Positions 29,192 through 44,046 of a stretch of DNA of 64,000 nucleotides are shown piece by piece. Under the pieces are notes generated by a model, which saw only the letters and a program-made list of their open reading frames with translations, made no database searches and was not told the origin of the DNA. The number at the start of each line of letters is the position of its first letter. Position 1 is the stretch's first letter. Source of the stretch: Escherichia coli (lineage in GTDB: Bacteria > Pseudomonadota > Gammaproteobacteria > Enterobacterales > Enterobacteriaceae); the NCBI RefSeq assembly GCF_003334385.1, contig NZ_QOWN01000011.1; one strand, 5' to 3'. The translations under genes and the position numbers were made by a program.

Positions 29192-29319
29192 GAAAAGTTA
29201 CCTGGATGAAATGTAGGGTTACGCGCAGTTTCCCAAGATGCGGGGATTTTCGCAATCTCCATACATCAAAAAAAATCCCGATCTTCTGACCGGGATTTTC
29301 AACATCAACGGGAACTTGA

Positions 29320-30291
29320 TTACGGCAGAATTGACGGCTGATCCGCCCCTTCTTTTTCCACTTTCTGCTGCAACATGTGTTCGCGCTTCATACCCAGTTT
29401 CAGAGCCAACGCAGATGCCACATAGATGGAAGATGCAGTACCGATGGAAACACCGATAAGCATGGTCAGCGAGAAGCCTTCCAGTACCGGACCACCGAAG
29501 AGGTACAGCATCAGGATAACCATCAAGGTAGTACCGGATGTGATCAAGGTACGGTGCAGCGTCTGGGTCAAGGACACGTTAAAGATTTCGTAAGGCGTAC
29601 CGCGACGGATCTTGCGGAAGTTTTCACGAATACGGTCCGATACCACGATACTGTCGTTAAGCGAGTAACCGATAACCGACATCAACGATGCCACAATGGT
29701 CAGGTCAATCTCGATATGGAATAACGACAAAATACCCAGCGTAATGATAACGTCGTGCGCCAGCGCAATAACCACCCCTGCCGCCAGTCGCCACTCAAAG
29801 CGGAAACCTACGTACACGAGGATAGACAGCAGCGCTGCCATCAACGCCATCGCACCGGTTTGCGCAAGGTCTGCCCCCACGCTCGGACCGACGAACTCAA
29901 TACGCTTCACTGCTGCATTCTGATTGGTGGATTCGTTAATCACCTTCAGAACCTGGCTGCCCAACACCTGACCGCCGGTTTCGCCTTCAGCAGGCGGCAT
30001 ACGGACCATGATGTCATGGCTGCTACCAAAGTTTTGCAGCATCGGCTCTTCAAAACCGGCTTTTTGCAATGCATCACGCATTACGTCAATTTCAGCCGGT
30101 TTTTCGAGCGTAATTTCAATAACCGTACCACCGGTGAAATCCAGCCCCCAGTTAAAGCCGCGCACGCCCATAATAACGATAGCAGCGATTAACAGCAGAC
30201 CAGAGATGCCGAAAGCCCAGTAGTCCCAGCGCATAAAGTCATAGACTTTACGGCCGTGGTTTAGTTGTTCAACAGTATATTCCTGTGCCAC
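29320..30291 (-). CDS. secF: Protein translocase subunit SecF
   Basis: 323-aa protein; GTG start at 30291 ([15 protein letters not shown]...); the supplied ORF extends 15 codons upstream. Confidence 0.93.
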
Positions 30292-30301
30292 ATCGCACTC
30301 C

Positions 30302-32149
30302 TCAGATTGACAGCTTCTTGACGCGCTTGCCGCCATATAGCAGGTTTACGATGGCACGCGTACCGACAATCGCGGTAAACATCGACGTCGCCACACCGAT
30401 ACCGGTAGTAATCGCGAACCCTTTAATTGCCCCGGTACCCACTGCGTACAGGATGATGACTTTAATCAGCGTGGTGATGTTCGCATCGAAGATAGAACTG
30501 AATGCGCCACGATAACCTTCATCAATTGCCTGTTGAACAGTACGTCCGTTGCTCAACTCTTCTTTAATACGTTCGTTGATCAGTACGTTCGCATCGACCG
30601 CCACCGCAAGGGTTAAGACGATACCCGCGATACCTGGCATACTCAGCGTTGCGCCTGGCAACAGCGACATAATGCCGACGATTAAGATCAAGTTGGCAAT
30701 CAGAGCACTGGTCGCAATCAGACCAAACTTCTTATAGAAGATGATCATGAACAGAATAGAAACCAGCAGACCGGCAAGGCAAGCCTCCAGCCCCTGTTCA
30801 ATGTTCTGCATACCCAGGGTTGGGCCAATGGTACGTTCTTCAACAATCTGAATCGGCGCGATCAACGCACCGGCACGCAGCAGCAGTGACAGCTGACGGG
30901 CTTCGTTCGGGTTGTTGATGCCGGTGATACGGAAGCTGTTACCCAGACGAGACTGGATGTTGGCGATGTTAATCACCTCTTCCTGTTTCACCAGAACCGC
31001 ACGACCATTTGCATCTTTCTTACCGCTGTCTTTGTACTCCACAAACAGGGTTGCCATCGGTTTGCCGATGTTGTCCTTAGTGAAGTTAGACATGATGTTA
31101 CCACCAGCGCTATCGAGCGAGATGTTAACCTGCGGTTGGTTGTATTCGTCCTGGCTGGAAGTGGAGTCGGTGATATGGTCACCGGTCAGAATTACGCGTT
31201 TGTACAGCACAACTGGCTGACCTTCGCGGGTCTGTTTCACTTCAGAGTCGCCCGGTACGCGACCGGATGCCGCAGCGGCCTGGTCAACGTTGGTGTTTAC
31301 CAGACGGAATTCCAGCGTTGCCGTCGCACCCAGAATCTCTTTCGCACGCGCAGTGTCCTGAATACCTGGCAGTTCAACAACGATACGGTCAGCACCCTGA
31401 CGCTGAACCACCGGCTCCGCCACGCCAAGTTGGTTTACACGGTTACGCAGGATATTAATGTTCTGCTGCACCGCATATTCACGCGCTTCACTCAGACGAG
31501 CATCGCTCATTACCGCACGCAGCTGGTTGCTGCCCTGGCTGCTAATCACCAGGTCCGGATGGCGCTTGCTCAGATACGCAATGGCTTCATCACGAGCTTT
31601 AGCATCGCGGAAAGTGATGCTCAGGCCGTAGTTGTTTTCTTTACGAACAGTGGTATACGGGATGCCCTTTTCGCGCAGGTCACTGCGTAGGCTATCGATA
31701 TTTTGTTCCTGGAGTTTGCCAAGCGCGGTGTCCATATCCACTTCCATCAGGAAGTGAACGCCGCCACGCAGGTCAAGGCCGAGCTTCATCGGCTCAGCGT
31801 GAATAGCTGCCAGCCAGCGCGGCGTTGCCGGGGCAAGGTTAAGCGCCACGACGTATTTGTCACCCATAACGCCCATTAATGCTTCACGAGCGCGCAACTG
31901 GGTGTCAGTGGAGTCGAAGCGCGCAAGAATAGCGCCCTCTTCCAGTGCCACAGACTTAGCAGTTATTTTTTCTTCTTGTAACGTTTTCTGGACCTGGATC
32001 AGCGTTTGCTCACTGGCGGCGACTCCGCGCGCACCAGTGATCTGAACAGCCGGATCCTCACCAAACAGGTTGGGAAGCGCATACAGCAGACCGATGACAA
32101 TCACCACGATCAGCATGACGTACTTCCACAAAGGATAACGGTTTAACAC
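30302..32149 (-). CDS. secD: Protein translocase subunit SecD
   Basis: 615-aa [33 protein letters not shown]... Confidence 0.97.
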   Translation of the reverse strand: MLNRYPLWKYVMLIVVIVIGLLYALPNLFGEDPAVQITGARGVAASEQTLIQVQKTLQEEKITAKSVALEEGAILARFDSTDTQLRAREALMGVMGDKYVVALNLAPATPRWLAAIHAEPMKLGLDLRGGVHFLMEVDMDTALGKLQEQNIDSLRSDLREKGIPYTTVRKENNYGLSITFRDAKARDEAIAYLSKRHPDLVISSQGSNQLRAVMSDARLSEAREYAVQQNINILRNRVNQLGVAEPVVQRQGADRIVVELPGIQDTARAKEILGATATLEFRLVNTNVDQAAAASGRVPGDSEVKQTREGQPVVLYKRVILTGDHITDSTSSQDEYNQPQVNISLDSAGGNIMSNFTKDNIGKPMATLFVEYKDSGKKDANGRAVLVKQEEVINIANIQSRLGNSFRITGINNPNEARQLSLLLRAGALIAPIQIVEERTIGPTLGMQNIEQGLEACLAGLLVSILFMIIFYKKFGLIATSALIANLILIVGIMSLLPGATLSMPGIAGIVLTLAVAVDANVLINERIKEELSNGRTVQQAIDEGYRGAFSSIFDANITTLIKVIILYAVGTGAIKGFAITTGIGVATSMFTAIVGTRAIVNLLYGGKRVKKLSI

Positions 32150-32176
32150 GGCAATTCCCTTAGGGAAAAATTTTAA

Positions 32177-32509
32177 TTACAGCGCCTTCATGGTGCCTTT
32201 CGGCAGGACGGCAGCTACGAAGTCACGTTTAATAACTACTTCAGTGGTGTCATTCAGCGCGATAGCAATGTAGCCGTTTTCCGCTACTTTGGTTACGCGA
32301 CCAACCAGGCCACCGTTCGTCAGAACTTCATCACCTTTGGCAATGGAGTCCATCAGCTTTTTGTGTTCTTTGGTGCGCTTCTGCTGTGGACGCAGGATCA
32401 TGAAATAGAAAATCAGACCGAATACCACCAGCATCAAAATCAAAGACATCGGGCTACCTTGCGCCGGTGCACCCGTTGCCGCTACCGCATCAGAAATAAA
32501 AAAGCTCAT
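32177..32509 (-). CDS. yajC: Sec translocon accessory subunit YajC
   Basis: 110-aa protein starting MSFFISDAVAATGAPAQGSPMSLILMLVVFG; internal start within the supplied ORF 32177..32539. Confidence 0.93.
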   Translation of the reverse strand: MSFFISDAVAATGAPAQGSPMSLILMLVVFGLIFYFMILRPQQKRTKEHKKLMDSIAKGDEVLTNGGLVGRVTKVAENGYIAIALNDTTEVVIKRDFVAAVLPKGTMKAL

Positions 32510-32531
32510 TAAATTTCCCTCATTATTAATA

Positions 32532-33674
<1,143 letters not shown>

Positions 33675-33714
33675 TCAGAAAAACAGTCCAACGTTTTAAA
33701 CCAGCGCCGCGGAA

Positions 33715-34785
33715 TTACTCCCCGACGCGCTCATTAATTGCCTGCGGATTGTACGTGATAAACATCGCATCACCGTAACTAAAAAAGCGATATTTCTCTT
33801 CTACCGCTGCTTTATAGGCGTTCATGGTGTGTTGATAACCGGCAAAGGCCGAAACCAGCATAATCAGCGTCGACTCTGGCAAGTGGAAGTTCGTCACCAG
33901 CGCATCGACCACTTTGTACTGGAAGCCCGGATAGATAAAGATTTGGGTATCGTCGAAGAACGGTTCAATGAGATCGTTTTTCGCTGCCTGAGCCGCGCTT
34001 TCCAGCGAACGTACTGAAGTGGTGCCAACCGCAATCACCCGGTTACCGCGCGCTTTCGCCGCCAGTACCGCGTCTACCACATACTGCGGTACTTCAGCGT
34101 ATTCCGAGTGCATGATGTGATATTCAATGGTGTCGACGCGCACCGGCTGGAAGGTGCCCGCACCAACGTGCAACGTCACAAACGCCATCTCCACGCCTTT
34201 GGCGCGCAATTTTTCCAGCAAAGGCTCGTCAAAATGCAGACCTGCGGTCGGGGCTGCAACCGCGCCCGGTTTTTCGCTATAAACGGTTTGATAAAGTTCG
34301 CGGTCAGCGTCTTCGTCCGGACGGTCGATATACGGCGGCAGCGGCATATGGCCGATGCTGTTGAGAATATCCAGCACCGAGCGTTCATCATTAAATTCGA
34401 CTTCAAACAGTGCGCCGTGGCGCGCGGTCATTGTTGCGTTAATACTTTCGTCATCGCCCAGCAGCAGTTCTGCGCCAGGTTTTGGCGCTTTCGAGGCGCG
34501 AATATGCGCAAGAATGCGTTTGTCGTCGAGCATCCGTTCAACCAGCACTTCAATCTTGCCGCCGCTGGCTTTACGCCCAAACAGGCGCGCCGGGATCACG
34601 CGGGTATTATTAAAAACCAGAAGATCGCCGGGGTTGAGCTTATCAAGTAAATCGGTGAAAGTACCGTGCGTCAGCGCGCCCGTCGGCCCGTCCAGCGACA
34701 GTAAACGACAGCTACTGCGTTCAGGCATGGGATAGTGGGCAATCAGGGATTCGGGCAATTCAAAGGAGAAATCGGTAACGCGCAT
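33715..34785 (-). CDS. queA: S-adenosylmethionine:tRNA ribosyltransferase-isomerase
   Basis: 356-aa [32 protein letters not shown]... Confidence 0.97.
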   Translation of the reverse strand: MRVTDFSFELPESLIAHYPMPERSSCRLLSLDGPTGALTHGTFTDLLDKLNPGDLLVFNNTRVIPARLFGRKASGGKIEVLVERMLDDKRILAHIRASKAPKPGAELLLGDDESINATMTARHGALFEVEFNDERSVLDILNSIGHMPLPPYIDRPDEDADRELYQTVYSEKPGAVAAPTAGLHFDEPLLEKLRAKGVEMAFVTLHVGAGTFQPVRVDTIEYHIMHSEYAEVPQYVVDAVLAAKARGNRVIAVGTTSVRSLESAAQAAKNDLIEPFFDDTQIFIYPGFQYKVVDALVTNFHLPESTLIMLVSAFAGYQHTMNAYKAAVEEKYRFFSYGDAMFITYNPQAINERVGE

Positions 34786-34877
34786 GACACTGACTCAGAC
34801 TAAAATAAGAGGCGGGTAGTCTAGTGCCGGGGCGCTCTCCCTGCAACCTTTACCCCCTTTTGGATAGAATATAATCG

Positions 34878-35459
34878 ATGAATTTTTTAGCTCACCTGCA
34901 TTTAGCCCATCTCGCGGAAAGCTCGCTTTCCGGCAATTTACTGGCTGATTTCGTACGCGGAAATCCTGAAGAAAGTTTTCCGCCCGACGTCGTGGCTGGC
35001 ATTCATATGCATCGACGTATCGACGTATTGACTGACAATCTGCCGGAAGTCCGCGAAGCACGGGAGTGGTTTCGTAGTGAAACGCGCCGCGTTGCGCCTA
35101 TTACGCTGGATGTCATGTGGGATCACTTTCTTTCCCGCCACTGGTCGCAGCTGTCGCCGGACTTTCCGCTACAGGAATTTGTCTGTTATGCCCGCGAGCA
35201 AGTGATGACGATTTTGCCGGACTCACCGCCACGTTTTATCAATCTGAACAATTACTTGTGGTCAGAGCAGTGGCTGGTGCGCTATCGCGATATGGATTTC
35301 ATCCAGAACGTGTTAAACGGCATGGCAAGCCGCCGCCCACGTCTGGATGCCCTGCGTGACTCCTGGTACGATTTAGACGCTCATTATGACGCCCTCGAAA
35401 CCCGCTTCTGGCAGTTTTATCCGCGGATGATGGCGCAGGCGTCACGCAAGGCGTTATAA
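34878..35459 (+). CDS. acpH: Acyl carrier protein phosphodiesterase
   Basis: 193-aa [28 protein letters not shown]... Confidence 0.94.
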   Translation: MNFLAHLHLAHLAESSLSGNLLADFVRGNPEESFPPDVVAGIHMHRRIDVLTDNLPEVREAREWFRSETRRVAPITLDVMWDHFLSRHWSQLSPDFPLQEFVCYAREQVMTILPDSPPRFINLNNYLWSEQWLVRYRDMDFIQNVLNGMASRRPRLDALRDSWYDLDAHYDALETRFWQFYPRMMAQASRKAL

Positions 35460-35463
35460 AACG

Positions 35464-37278
35464 TTAGTTCATCCATACCGTAGCCGAAATGGCAGGCAAA
35501 GCCAGAATCCCGTCAGTCAGTTGCCCATGCCCTTCTTTGCATTGCCATTGCACGGCATTGAGAAACGGTGACGCGGGTAGCACCACTTCACAGGCCTCGC
35601 CACGGTTGATTGCCACCAGTACACGTTGCTGATTCAGCACGCGGACAAATACCACCACGTTATCTTCCGCATACAGCACCTGACAGCCGCCATGACGTAG
35701 CGCCTGACTTTTCTTACGCAGCGCAATCATTCGCTGGTACAGCGCGAATAACGCCGTATCCTGCTTTTCCACCTGCCAGGGGAACGGTTTACGGCAAAAC
35801 GGATCGTTTTTGCCATCCAGTCCTACTTCATCACCGTAATAAATGCACGGTACACCAGGCCAGGTGAACAGCCAGACCACCGCCAGCGGCAGGCGCGCAA
35901 TATCCCGACCGAGCAGCGTTTTAAATCGCGCAGTATCGTGGCTGTCGAGCTGATTAAACATACGTAATTGTTGTTGATGAGAAAGCCCTGCGCGGTAATT
36001 ATCCATCCAGGCCATACAGGTTTGGGCATCAATTTGCTGCGGATCGTAAGAGATATCGGTATTGGCAAGAAATCCCCACAACGGGAATGTGAAGCCACGA
36101 TAGTTCATGGCGGCATCTTCCACATCGGCCTGTAACCATTGCCGTGCATCGCCAAAATGTTCGCCGACAATATACGCTTCCGGCTGGGTTTCTTTCGCCG
36201 CTTCGGTGATCCCGGCAACGTGCTGCATATTATTGCGCGCCCCACCCGCCTCCCCCAGCATATGCACCACATCCAGCCGCCAGCCGTCCATATTCCACGG
36301 CGCTTTCAGCCAGTGGCGGACAATACTGTCTTCCCCGCGATAAATTTCATTCACCAGACTTTCCGACTGATAATCCAGCTTCGGCAAGCTGGCATAGCCA
36401 AGCCAGTCGAGCGCCGTGCCATCATCACTAAACGAGTACCAGTCGCGCCAGGGCGATTCGGGGTTGTGACAAGCACCACCCGTGCCACGATTATGCCTGT
36501 CAAACCAGGCATGGGAATCGCCACTGTGGTTAAACACGCCGTCCAGCACCAGCCGCATTCCCAGCTGCTGCGTATTGTGTCGCAAACGCAGCAACGCCCC
36601 ATCACCGCCAAACTGCGGATCGACATGGCGATAATCCTCGGTATCGTATTTATGTACGCTGGGAGCTTTAAACACCGGATTGAGATACAGCGCTGTCACG
36701 CCAAGCTTTTTCAGATACGGCAGTTTTTCGCTTATCCCGTCCAGATCGCCGCCATAGAACGTTGATCCGCCCGCCTGCGCCGTGACCGGTTCATCCCAGT
36801 CACGCAAGATGATCTCTTGTCCGGCTGCATGATGGTAATAGACATGATCCTGTTCAGCTTCACGAGGAAGACTACGCGCAAAACGATCAGGGAAGATCTG
36901 ATAAAAAATCTGATCCGCAGCCCATTGTGGGCCGATATCCGGTACATCGACGGCAAACTGCTCCAGTCGTGCCGGCGGCATTCGGCTGAAGCCCTGCGGT
37001 GTAAACCAACGCTGGCGATCGTGCCACAGCAGTTTGAAACTGTAACGCCGCCGGGGTTGTCCGCTGGAGAGATCAATCGCCGCACGCCATGCGGTGACGC
37101 CAGGCTGCGGCTGACTGCGCTGCTTATGCATCGGTACTGACATTTCTTCGTTATCGTGTTCTGTACGCAGCATAATGCGCTGCGGTGGGTCTTCGCCCGT
37201 CAGCCACAGTGTAATGAGCAGTTGATCTTTGCTTTGTTTAACAAATGGGGGCACCGGCAGGTGCCATGCATTTAACAT
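35464..37278 (-). CDS. malZ: Maltodextrin glucosidase
   Basis: 604/605-aa GH13 alpha-amylase-family ORF (the start could be either of two adjacent ATGs, 37278 or 37281). Confidence 0.94.
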
Positions 37279-37436
37279 CATAATTCCCCTGTGATGAAAA
37301 TCTGATCACCTTGCCATAGCCTAATGCAGGATCACTCATCATCTGAAGGATATTTGGGGGAGGAGGACGGGGGCGGATAACTTTCGGAATAGCCGGATCA
37401 GGATTTCCTCCTGAACCGGCTTACAGAACGCAAGGA

Positions 37437-38810
37437 TTACTGGTTTTCAGCCAGCTGACGATCGTGGCGGCGTTTAAACATCCAGCCAATCAACAGCACA
37501 ACAATCCACGCGAAACCGACATACAGCGAGATACGCGTATCCGGGTGATAACCAATCAACCCGATAATAAAGAGCAGGAAAATCAGCCCGCCGATGGTCG
37601 TTGCTACCCCACCCGGCACTTTAAATTTCAGCGCCTTAACTTCTTCTGGCGGCAAACGGCGACGGAAGGCAATTTGCGACAGCAGGATCATAATCCACAC
37701 CCACACCGTGGCGAAGGTTGCCAGCGAAGCGATCACCAGGAAGACGTTTTCCGGCATGATGTAGTTCAGATACACCGCAAACAGCAGCGCGGTAGTCATC
37801 ACCAGCACCGTAACCCACGGAATACCGCGACGCGACGTTTTGCTGAAAATTTTCGGCGCGCTGCCCTGCTCTGCCATACCGTGGAGCATACGGCCTACGC
37901 CAAATACATCACTGTTAATTGCCGACAGCGAAGCAGTCAGCACAACAAAGTTAAGAATGCTGGCGGCAAAGGTAATGCCCATATGCTGGAACGTCAGCAC
38001 GAACGGGCTACCGGCAGTGCCAACCTGATTCCACGGGTAGATAGACATAATGACGAACAGCGTACCGACGTAGAACACCAGAATACGCATCGGCACGGAG
38101 TTAATCGCACGCGGTATCGATTTCTCAGGATCTTTCGCTTCACCGGCGGTAATCCCGATAATTTCGATCCCACCGTAAGCAAACATCACCATTTGCAACG
38201 ACATTACCATGCCAAGCCAGCCGTTACTGAAGAAGCCGCCGTTGCTCCACAGGTTATGAATACCGGTCGGTTGCCCGCCGTTGCCAATCCCCCAGATGAT
38301 GATGCCGAAACCGGCGACAATCATGATGATGATGGTGGCGACTTTAAAGAACGAGAACCAGAATTCCAGCTCACCGAATACCTTCACGCTCATCAGGTTT
38401 ACGGCGCAAATGATCAGCACCACGCTCAGTACCCAAATCCAGTGCGGCACCGTCGGGAACCAGACACCCATATAGATACCAAAAGCGGTCACATCGGCGA
38501 TGGCGACAATAAGGATTTCAAAGCAGTAGGTCCAGCCGGTAATGTAACCTGCCAGCGGGCCGAGGTTTTCCTGCGCATAACGCGAGAAAGAGCTGGCGGC
38601 CGGGTTATGTACCGACATTTCCCCCAGCGCACGCATAATGATATACGCCGCGATACCACCGATAATATAGGCCAACAACACGCTCGGACCGGCCATTTTG
38701 ATGGCGTCTGCCGAACCGTAAAACAGCCCGGTGCCAATTGCTGAACCCAGTGCCATAAAGCGTATGTGGCGGGTACTTAGCCCACGCTTTAGCTTGTTCT
38801 TACTTTCCAT
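37437..38810 (-). CDS. proY: Proline-specific permease ProY (APC family)
   Basis: 457-aa 12-[38 protein letters not shown]... Confidence 0.94.
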   Translation of the reverse strand: MESKNKLKRGLSTRHIRFMALGSAIGTGLFYGSADAIKMAGPSVLLAYIIGGIAAYIIMRALGEMSVHNPAASSFSRYAQENLGPLAGYITGWTYCFEILIVAIADVTAFGIYMGVWFPTVPHWIWVLSVVLIICAVNLMSVKVFGELEFWFSFFKVATIIIMIVAGFGIIIWGIGNGGQPTGIHNLWSNGGFFSNGWLGMVMSLQMVMFAYGGIEIIGITAGEAKDPEKSIPRAINSVPMRILVFYVGTLFVIMSIYPWNQVGTAGSPFVLTFQHMGITFAASILNFVVLTASLSAINSDVFGVGRMLHGMAEQGSAPKIFSKTSRRGIPWVTVLVMTTALLFAVYLNYIMPENVFLVIASLATFATVWVWIMILLSQIAFRRRLPPEEVKALKFKVPGGVATTIGGLIFLLFIIGLIGYHPDTRISLYVGFAWIVVLLIGWMFKRRHDRQLAENQ

Positions 38811-38885
38811 CAATTCCTAACCCATCAACACAATAAAAAACCACGGGGCATCGCAGCCCCGTGGTTAAAACAAATGTTCAGTGAT

Positions 38886-40205
38886 TTAGTGAGCGCTGGA
38901 GGTCACCTGACGACCTGCCGCGCGATCCCAGATAATGGCCAGAACCACCATCACCACTGTTGGCATTAACCACGCCAGACCTTGTTCGGCCAGCGGTAAA
39001 CGCTGCGCCCAGGACGGTAAGATATCGCTGAATGCAGATGCTTTGATCCCGTCGAGAATACCAAAAAGCAGGCTGATAAACATCGGCGGAGCAATCACGC
39101 GGGACGAATTATGCCACCATGAGCGTGTAAAACTTAATACAACCAGTGCGATACACGGCGGATAAATAGCGGTCAGCACCGGTACGGAGATCTGGATCAG
39201 CTGGCTTAAGCCGAGGTTAGAAACCACCATCGAGAAGCCGCCGAGGATAAACACCAGCGTACGATAAGAGAGCGGTACGTACTGGGCAAAGAATTCTGCA
39301 CAAGCACAGGTCAGGCCAACTGCCGTTACCAGGCAGGCGATGAAGATTAACGCCGCCAGCAGGAAGCTACCGCCGCCGCCAAAGGTGTGCTGAACGTAAG
39401 CATGCAGAATAGCAGCGCCGTTTGCAGACTGATCGACCAGCGACGCGCTGTCTGACCCCAGACGGAACAGCGCCAGGTACAGCAGAGTCAGACCAACACC
39501 CGCCATCAGGCCAGCCCAGACGGTATAACGGGTCAGCAGACGCGCTTCGGTAACGCCACGAGAACGCGCCGCGTTAACAATAACGATACCAAACACCATT
39601 GCGCCCAGCGTATCCATGGTCAGATAGCCGTTAACGAAGCCGTTAGAAAACGCAGCGTTTTGATAAGCCTCAGTCGCCGTGCTGATAGAACCCGCCGGCC
39701 AGACAATAGCGGCAACAGACAGGATGACCAACGCGATAATTTTCAGCGGCGCAAGGAAGTTGCCCACGGTATCCAGCAGCTTGCCCGGATAGAGCGAAAC
39801 CAGAATAACGATAGCGAAATAGACCAGGCTGTAGATAAACAGCGGCAGCGCGGAATCACCCGTCAGCGGCGCAATCCCCACTTCAAAGGAAACGGTAGCT
39901 GTACGCGGCGTAGCGAAAAGCGGCCCCACCGCCAGGTAACAAACCGTTGCCAGCAGTACGCCAGCGACTTTACCGATTGGCGTGCTGAGGCTGTCAACAC
40001 CGCCGCCAACTTTTGCCAGCGCCACTACCGTTAATACCGGCAGGCCAACGGCAGTAATGAGGAAGCCGAATGCCGCAGTCCAGACGTGTTCGCCTGCCTG
40101 TAAGCCGACCATTGGAGGGAAAATAATGTTACCTGCGCCGACGAACAACGCAAATGTCATAAAGCCCAGAGCGATGATATCGCGCGATCTTAATTGATGG
40201 GTCAT
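38886..40205 (-). CDS. brnQ: Branched-chain amino acid transporter BrnQ
   Basis: 439-aa membrane [34 protein letters not shown]... Confidence 0.96.
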   Translation of the reverse strand: MTHQLRSRDIIALGFMTFALFVGAGNIIFPPMVGLQAGEHVWTAAFGFLITAVGLPVLTVVALAKVGGGVDSLSTPIGKVAGVLLATVCYLAVGPLFATPRTATVSFEVGIAPLTGDSALPLFIYSLVYFAIVILVSLYPGKLLDTVGNFLAPLKIIALVILSVAAIVWPAGSISTATEAYQNAAFSNGFVNGYLTMDTLGAMVFGIVIVNAARSRGVTEARLLTRYTVWAGLMAGVGLTLLYLALFRLGSDSASLVDQSANGAAILHAYVQHTFGGGGSFLLAALIFIACLVTAVGLTCACAEFFAQYVPLSYRTLVFILGGFSMVVSNLGLSQLIQISVPVLTAIYPPCIALVVLSFTRSWWHNSSRVIAPPMFISLLFGILDGIKASAFSDILPSWAQRLPLAEQGLAWLMPTVVMVVLAIIWDRAAGRQVTSSAH

Positions 40206-40554
40206 AAATCATACTGCCTGTGGATGTGGTGTTGTAACGTTAAATTTTTGTGCCAATCCCTGGGGATGATACAGCGGTATATTTAAACAATTTTAGCGGG
40301 AAATACTCCCAACCAGGCGCGGCGAAGAATAGTTTTTCGATTTACCGCGTTAATGCAGTCAGTATGACAGCACCTGAAGCGCAATTTAAACGCTTATAAC
40401 GTTTTAAAGCAAGGAGGGATCTAAAAACCAGAGGTATATAGCGATAAGAAATCACCAACCAGTATAAAACACTATTTCCGTGAAAAAGACATGGCTAATC
40501 ATGCGAACAAAAAATCACCAACCGTTGTAAAATCTAACGCCCGTATTTTGACTG

Positions 40555-40583
40555 CAAAGAAAATAAGCCAGCATCGACTGGCT
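40555..40583 (-). terminator. Rho-independent terminator of the phoBR operon
   Basis: Minus-strand AAGCCAGTCGATGCTGGCTT hairpin followed by ATTTTCTTT, about 30 nt after the phoR stop. Confidence 0.6.
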
Positions 40584-40611
40584 TATGGCAATAAAAGATG
40601 ACAAAGGCGGA

Positions 40612-41907
40612 TTAATCGCTGTTTTTGGCAATTAAACGTTCCGGGATAACAAAACTGAAACGTGTTCCTTTTCCTACTGTACTCTCAATATTCAGGCGAC
40701 TTTCGTGATGATTCACAGCATGTTTCACGATCGCTAACCCTAATCCGCTACCGCCGGTTTGCCGGGAACGCGCTTTATCAACGCGATAAAAACGCTCGGT
40801 CAGGCGCGGAATATGCTCCGGTGCAATGCCCGGTCCGTTATCTTCAACGCTAAATTCGGCACCGTGCGGCACTCGCTGCCAGCGTACGGTGATATGCGTG
40901 CCTTCCGGCGTATGATTCACGGCGTTATAGACCAGGTTCGAAATCGCACTGCGTAGCTGATCTTCGTTGCCAGACACCTTGAGGCCGTTATCTATCTCAA
41001 AGGTAAATGTCTGTTTTTTCTGACTCAGAGTCTGAGCCTCGCGCTCAACAACGCGCAGCATCATCGGCACATCAACCTTTTCATTGAGCAAATGCGTCGG
41101 TGCGGCTTCTATTTTCGACAGCGTCAGCAATTGCTTCACCAGTCCTTCCATCCGCTGGGTCTGCTCGCGCATGGTGTGCAACGCTTTTTCGCGTACCGCG
41201 CCTTCCAGCGGCTGCTCATTCATCATCTCCAGGTAACCCTGTAACACGGTCAATGGCGTACGTAACTCATGGCTCACGTTGGCAAAAAAGTTACGCCGCG
41301 CCCCTTCCAGTTGATGCATTTGCGTGACATCACGCGCCACCATCAGCAACTGTTTGTGGGTATAAGGCATGACGCGAATTTCCAGATGCCGCCCGGTGTT
41401 GAGCACCAGATTGAGCGGGCGAGAAAAATCACGCGTTTTCAGATATTGCGTAAACTCCGGGTAACGCAGTAGGTTAAGGATGTTCTGCCCGTTATCTTCC
41501 GGCCAGCGCAAACCAAGAATTTGTTGCGCCAGACCGTTACACCAGAAAATACCGCCCTCTTCCGTGGTCAGCACCACCGCGTCGGGCAGCGACTCCGCGC
41601 CGCTACGAAAGCGTTTAATCAGATTGCCCAGTTCACGGCGGCGTTTTTTATTTCGCAGCTGCATCTGGTGTAAGCCGTATAGTAGCGGTTCCCAGCTACC
41701 ACGCCCCGGTGGCGGGGTCATACTGCGATCCACCCACAGCCACCATGAAAGGCGCAATAAATTCCAGAAATGCCAGATAAGCAGTCCTGTTACCGATGCC
41801 AGCAAAAACCAGGGCAGGTAACCAAAAAATGCACCCAGGATGAAAGCCGGGAGGCAGCAAAGTAGCAGCTCCAGCACCAGCCTTTTCCACGACAGCCGTT
41901 CCAGCAC
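40612..41907 (-). CDS. phoR: Phosphate-sensing histidine kinase PhoR
   Basis: 431-aa ORF with H-box [13 protein letters not shown] and ATPase G-boxes (DNGPGI, GGSGLGL). Confidence 0.97.
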   Translation of the reverse strand: MLERLSWKRLVLELLLCCLPAFILGAFFGYLPWFLLASVTGLLIWHFWNLLRLSWWLWVDRSMTPPPGRGSWEPLLYGLHQMQLRNKKRRRELGNLIKRFRSGAESLPDAVVLTTEEGGIFWCNGLAQQILGLRWPEDNGQNILNLLRYPEFTQYLKTRDFSRPLNLVLNTGRHLEIRVMPYTHKQLLMVARDVTQMHQLEGARRNFFANVSHELRTPLTVLQGYLEMMNEQPLEGAVREKALHTMREQTQRMEGLVKQLLTLSKIEAAPTHLLNEKVDVPMMLRVVEREAQTLSQKKQTFTFEIDNGLKVSGNEDQLRSAISNLVYNAVNHTPEGTHITVRWQRVPHGAEFSVEDNGPGIAPEHIPRLTERFYRVDKARSRQTGGSGLGLAIVKHAVNHHESRLNIESTVGKGTRFSFVIPERLIAKNSD

Positions 41908-41964
41908 GTAAGATACTCCAGTTAAGAAATCATAAGCCCTGCTCTGCGTCCGATGAGCAAGGCG

Positions 41965-42654
41965 TTAAAAGCGGGTTGAAAAACGATATCCTGTACCGCG
42001 CACGGTCTGCACCATGCGGTCATGCCCGCCGGGCTCCAGTGCTTTACGCAGGCGACGAATGTGGACATCGACCGTGCGGTCTTCCACATACACGTTAGTT
42101 CCCCAGACGTGGTTTAACAGCTGCTCGCGGCTGTACACGCGCTCAGGATGCGTCATAAAAAAGTGCAGCAGTTTAAATTCTGTCGGCCCCATCTCCAGCG
42201 GCTCTTCGCCCGCCATCACTCGGTGAGATGTCGGGTCGAGACTTAATCCCTGCATCTCAATCACCTCTTCCACCGCCATTGGCGAAATACGGCGCATTAC
42301 CGCTTTGATTCGCGCCACCAGCTCCTTCGGCGAAAACGGCTTGGTGATATAGTCATCCGCGCCGGTTTCAAGGCCGCGCACGCGATCTTCTTCTTCCCCT
42401 CTGGCGGTCAACATCACCACTGGAATATCCCGGGTCATCGACTCGCGCTTGAGGTGTTTGATGAACTGGATACCGGAGCCGCCAGGTAACATCCAGTCAA
42501 GGAGAATTAAATCCGGCCAGGGTTCATTCAGTTGATTCACAGCACTGTCATAATCTTCCGCTTCGACCGGCTGAAAGCCATTTTGTTCGAGCACGAAGCA
42601 GACCATTTCGCGAATTGGAGCTTCATCTTCTACGACCAGAATACGTCTCGCCAT
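41965..42654 (-). CDS. phoB: Phosphate regulon response regulator PhoB
   Basis: 229-aa OmpR-family [21 protein letters not shown]... with receiver and winged-helix domains. Confidence 0.97.
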
Positions 42655-42699
42655 GATTTGCCCTGTTGTAATAAATAGGTTGCGATCATTAATGCGACG

Positions 42700-42731
42700 T
42701 CATTATGCGTCAGATTTATGACAGATTTATG
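42700..42731 (-). promoter_or_regulatory. Pho box in the phoB promoter
   Basis: Minus strand reads CTGTCATAAATCTGACGCATAATGACG, matching the PhoB-binding pho-box consensus, upstream of phoB. Confidence 0.7.
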
Positions 42732-42843
42732 AAAAGCTCGTCGCACATATCTTCAGGTTATTGATTTCCGTGGCGCAGAAAAAAGCAAATGGCACATCTG
42801 TTTGGGTATAATCGCGCCCATGCTTTTTCGCCAGGGAACCGTT

Positions 42844-44046
42844 ATGCGCATCCTTCACACCTCAGACTGGCATCTCGGCCAGAACTTCTACAGTAAAAGC
42901 CGCGAAGCTGAACATCAGGCTTTTCTTGACTGGCTGCTGGAGACAGCACAAACCCATCAGGTGGATGCGATTATTGTTGCCGGTGATGTTTTCGATACCG
43001 GCTCGCCGCCCAGTTACGCCCGCACGTTATACAACCGTTTTGTTGTCAATTTACAGCAAACTGGCTGTCATCTGGTGGTACTGGCAGGAAACCATGACTC
43101 GGTCGCCACGCTGAATGAATCGCGCGATATCATGGCGTTCCTCAATACTACCGTGGTCGCCAGCGCCGGACATGCGCCGCAAATCTTGCCTCGTCGCGAC
43201 GGGACGCCAGGCGCAGTGCTGTGCCCCATTCCGTTTTTACGTCCGCGTGACATTATTACCAGCCAGGCGGGGCTTAACGGTATTGAAAAACAGCAGCATT
43301 TACTGGCAGCGATTACCGATTATTACCAACAACACTATGCCGATGCCTGCAAACTGCGCGGCGATCAGCCTCTGCCCATCATCGCCACGGGACATTTAAC
43401 GACCGTGGGGGCCAGTAAAAGTGACGCCGTGCGTGACATTTATATTGGCACGCTGGACGCGTTTCCGGCACAAAACTTTCCACCAGCCGACTACATCGCG
43501 CTCGGGCATATTCACCGCGCACAGATTATTGGCGGCATGGAACATGTTCGCTATTGCGGCTCCCCCATTCCACTGAGTTTTGATGAATGCGGTAAGAGTA
43601 AATATGTCCATCTGGTGACATTTTCAAACGGCAAATTAGAGAGCGTGGAAAACCTGAACGTACCGGTAACGCAACCCATGGCAGTGCTGAAAGGCGATCT
43701 GGCGTCGATTACCGCACAGCTGGAACAGTGGCGCGATGTATCGCAGGAGCCACCTGTCTGGCTGGATATCGAAATCACTACTGATGAGTATCTGCATGAT
43801 ATTCAGCGCAAAATCCAGGCATTAACCGAATCATTGCCTGTCGAAGTATTGCTGGTACGTCGGAGTCGTGAACAGCGCGAGCGTGTGTTAGCCAGCCAAC
43901 AGCGTGAAACCCTCAGCGAACTCAGCGTCGAAGAGGTGTTCAATCGCCGTCTGGCACTGGAAGAACTGGATGAATCGCAGCAGCAACGTCTGCAGCATCT
44001 TTTCACCACGACGTTGCATACCCTCGCCGGAGAACACGAAGCATGA
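42844..44046 (+). CDS. sbcD: SbcCD nuclease subunit SbcD (Mre11-like)
   Basis: 400-aa protein starting [13 protein letters not shown] with phosphoesterase motifs (GDVFD, GNHD); internal start within the supplied ORF 42802..44046. Confidence 0.95.
   Translation: MRILHTSDWHLGQNFYSKSREAEHQAFLDWLLETAQTHQVDAIIVAGDVFDTGSPPSYARTLYNRFVVNLQQTGCHLVVLAGNHDSVATLNESRDIMAFLNTTVVASAGHAPQILPRRDGTPGAVLCPIPFLRPRDIITSQAGLNGIEKQQHLLAAITDYYQQHYADACKLRGDQPLPIIATGHLTTVGASKSDAVRDIYIGTLDAFPAQNFPPADYIALGHIHRAQIIGGMEHVRYCGSPIPLSFDECGKSKYVHLVTFSNGKLESVENLNVPVTQPMAVLKGDLASITAQLEQWRDVSQEPPVWLDIEITTDEYLHDIQRKIQALTESLPVEVLLVRRSREQRERVLASQQRETLSELSVEEVFNRRLALEELDESQQQRLQHLFTTTLHTLAGEHEA

Noticed and set aside
40490-40603. 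37-codon plus-strand ORF (MANHANKKSPTVVKSNARIL...) in the phoR-brnQ intergenic region
   Set aside because: No Shine-Dalgarno, overlaps the phoBR terminator hairpin, and is antisense to the direction of both flanking operons.
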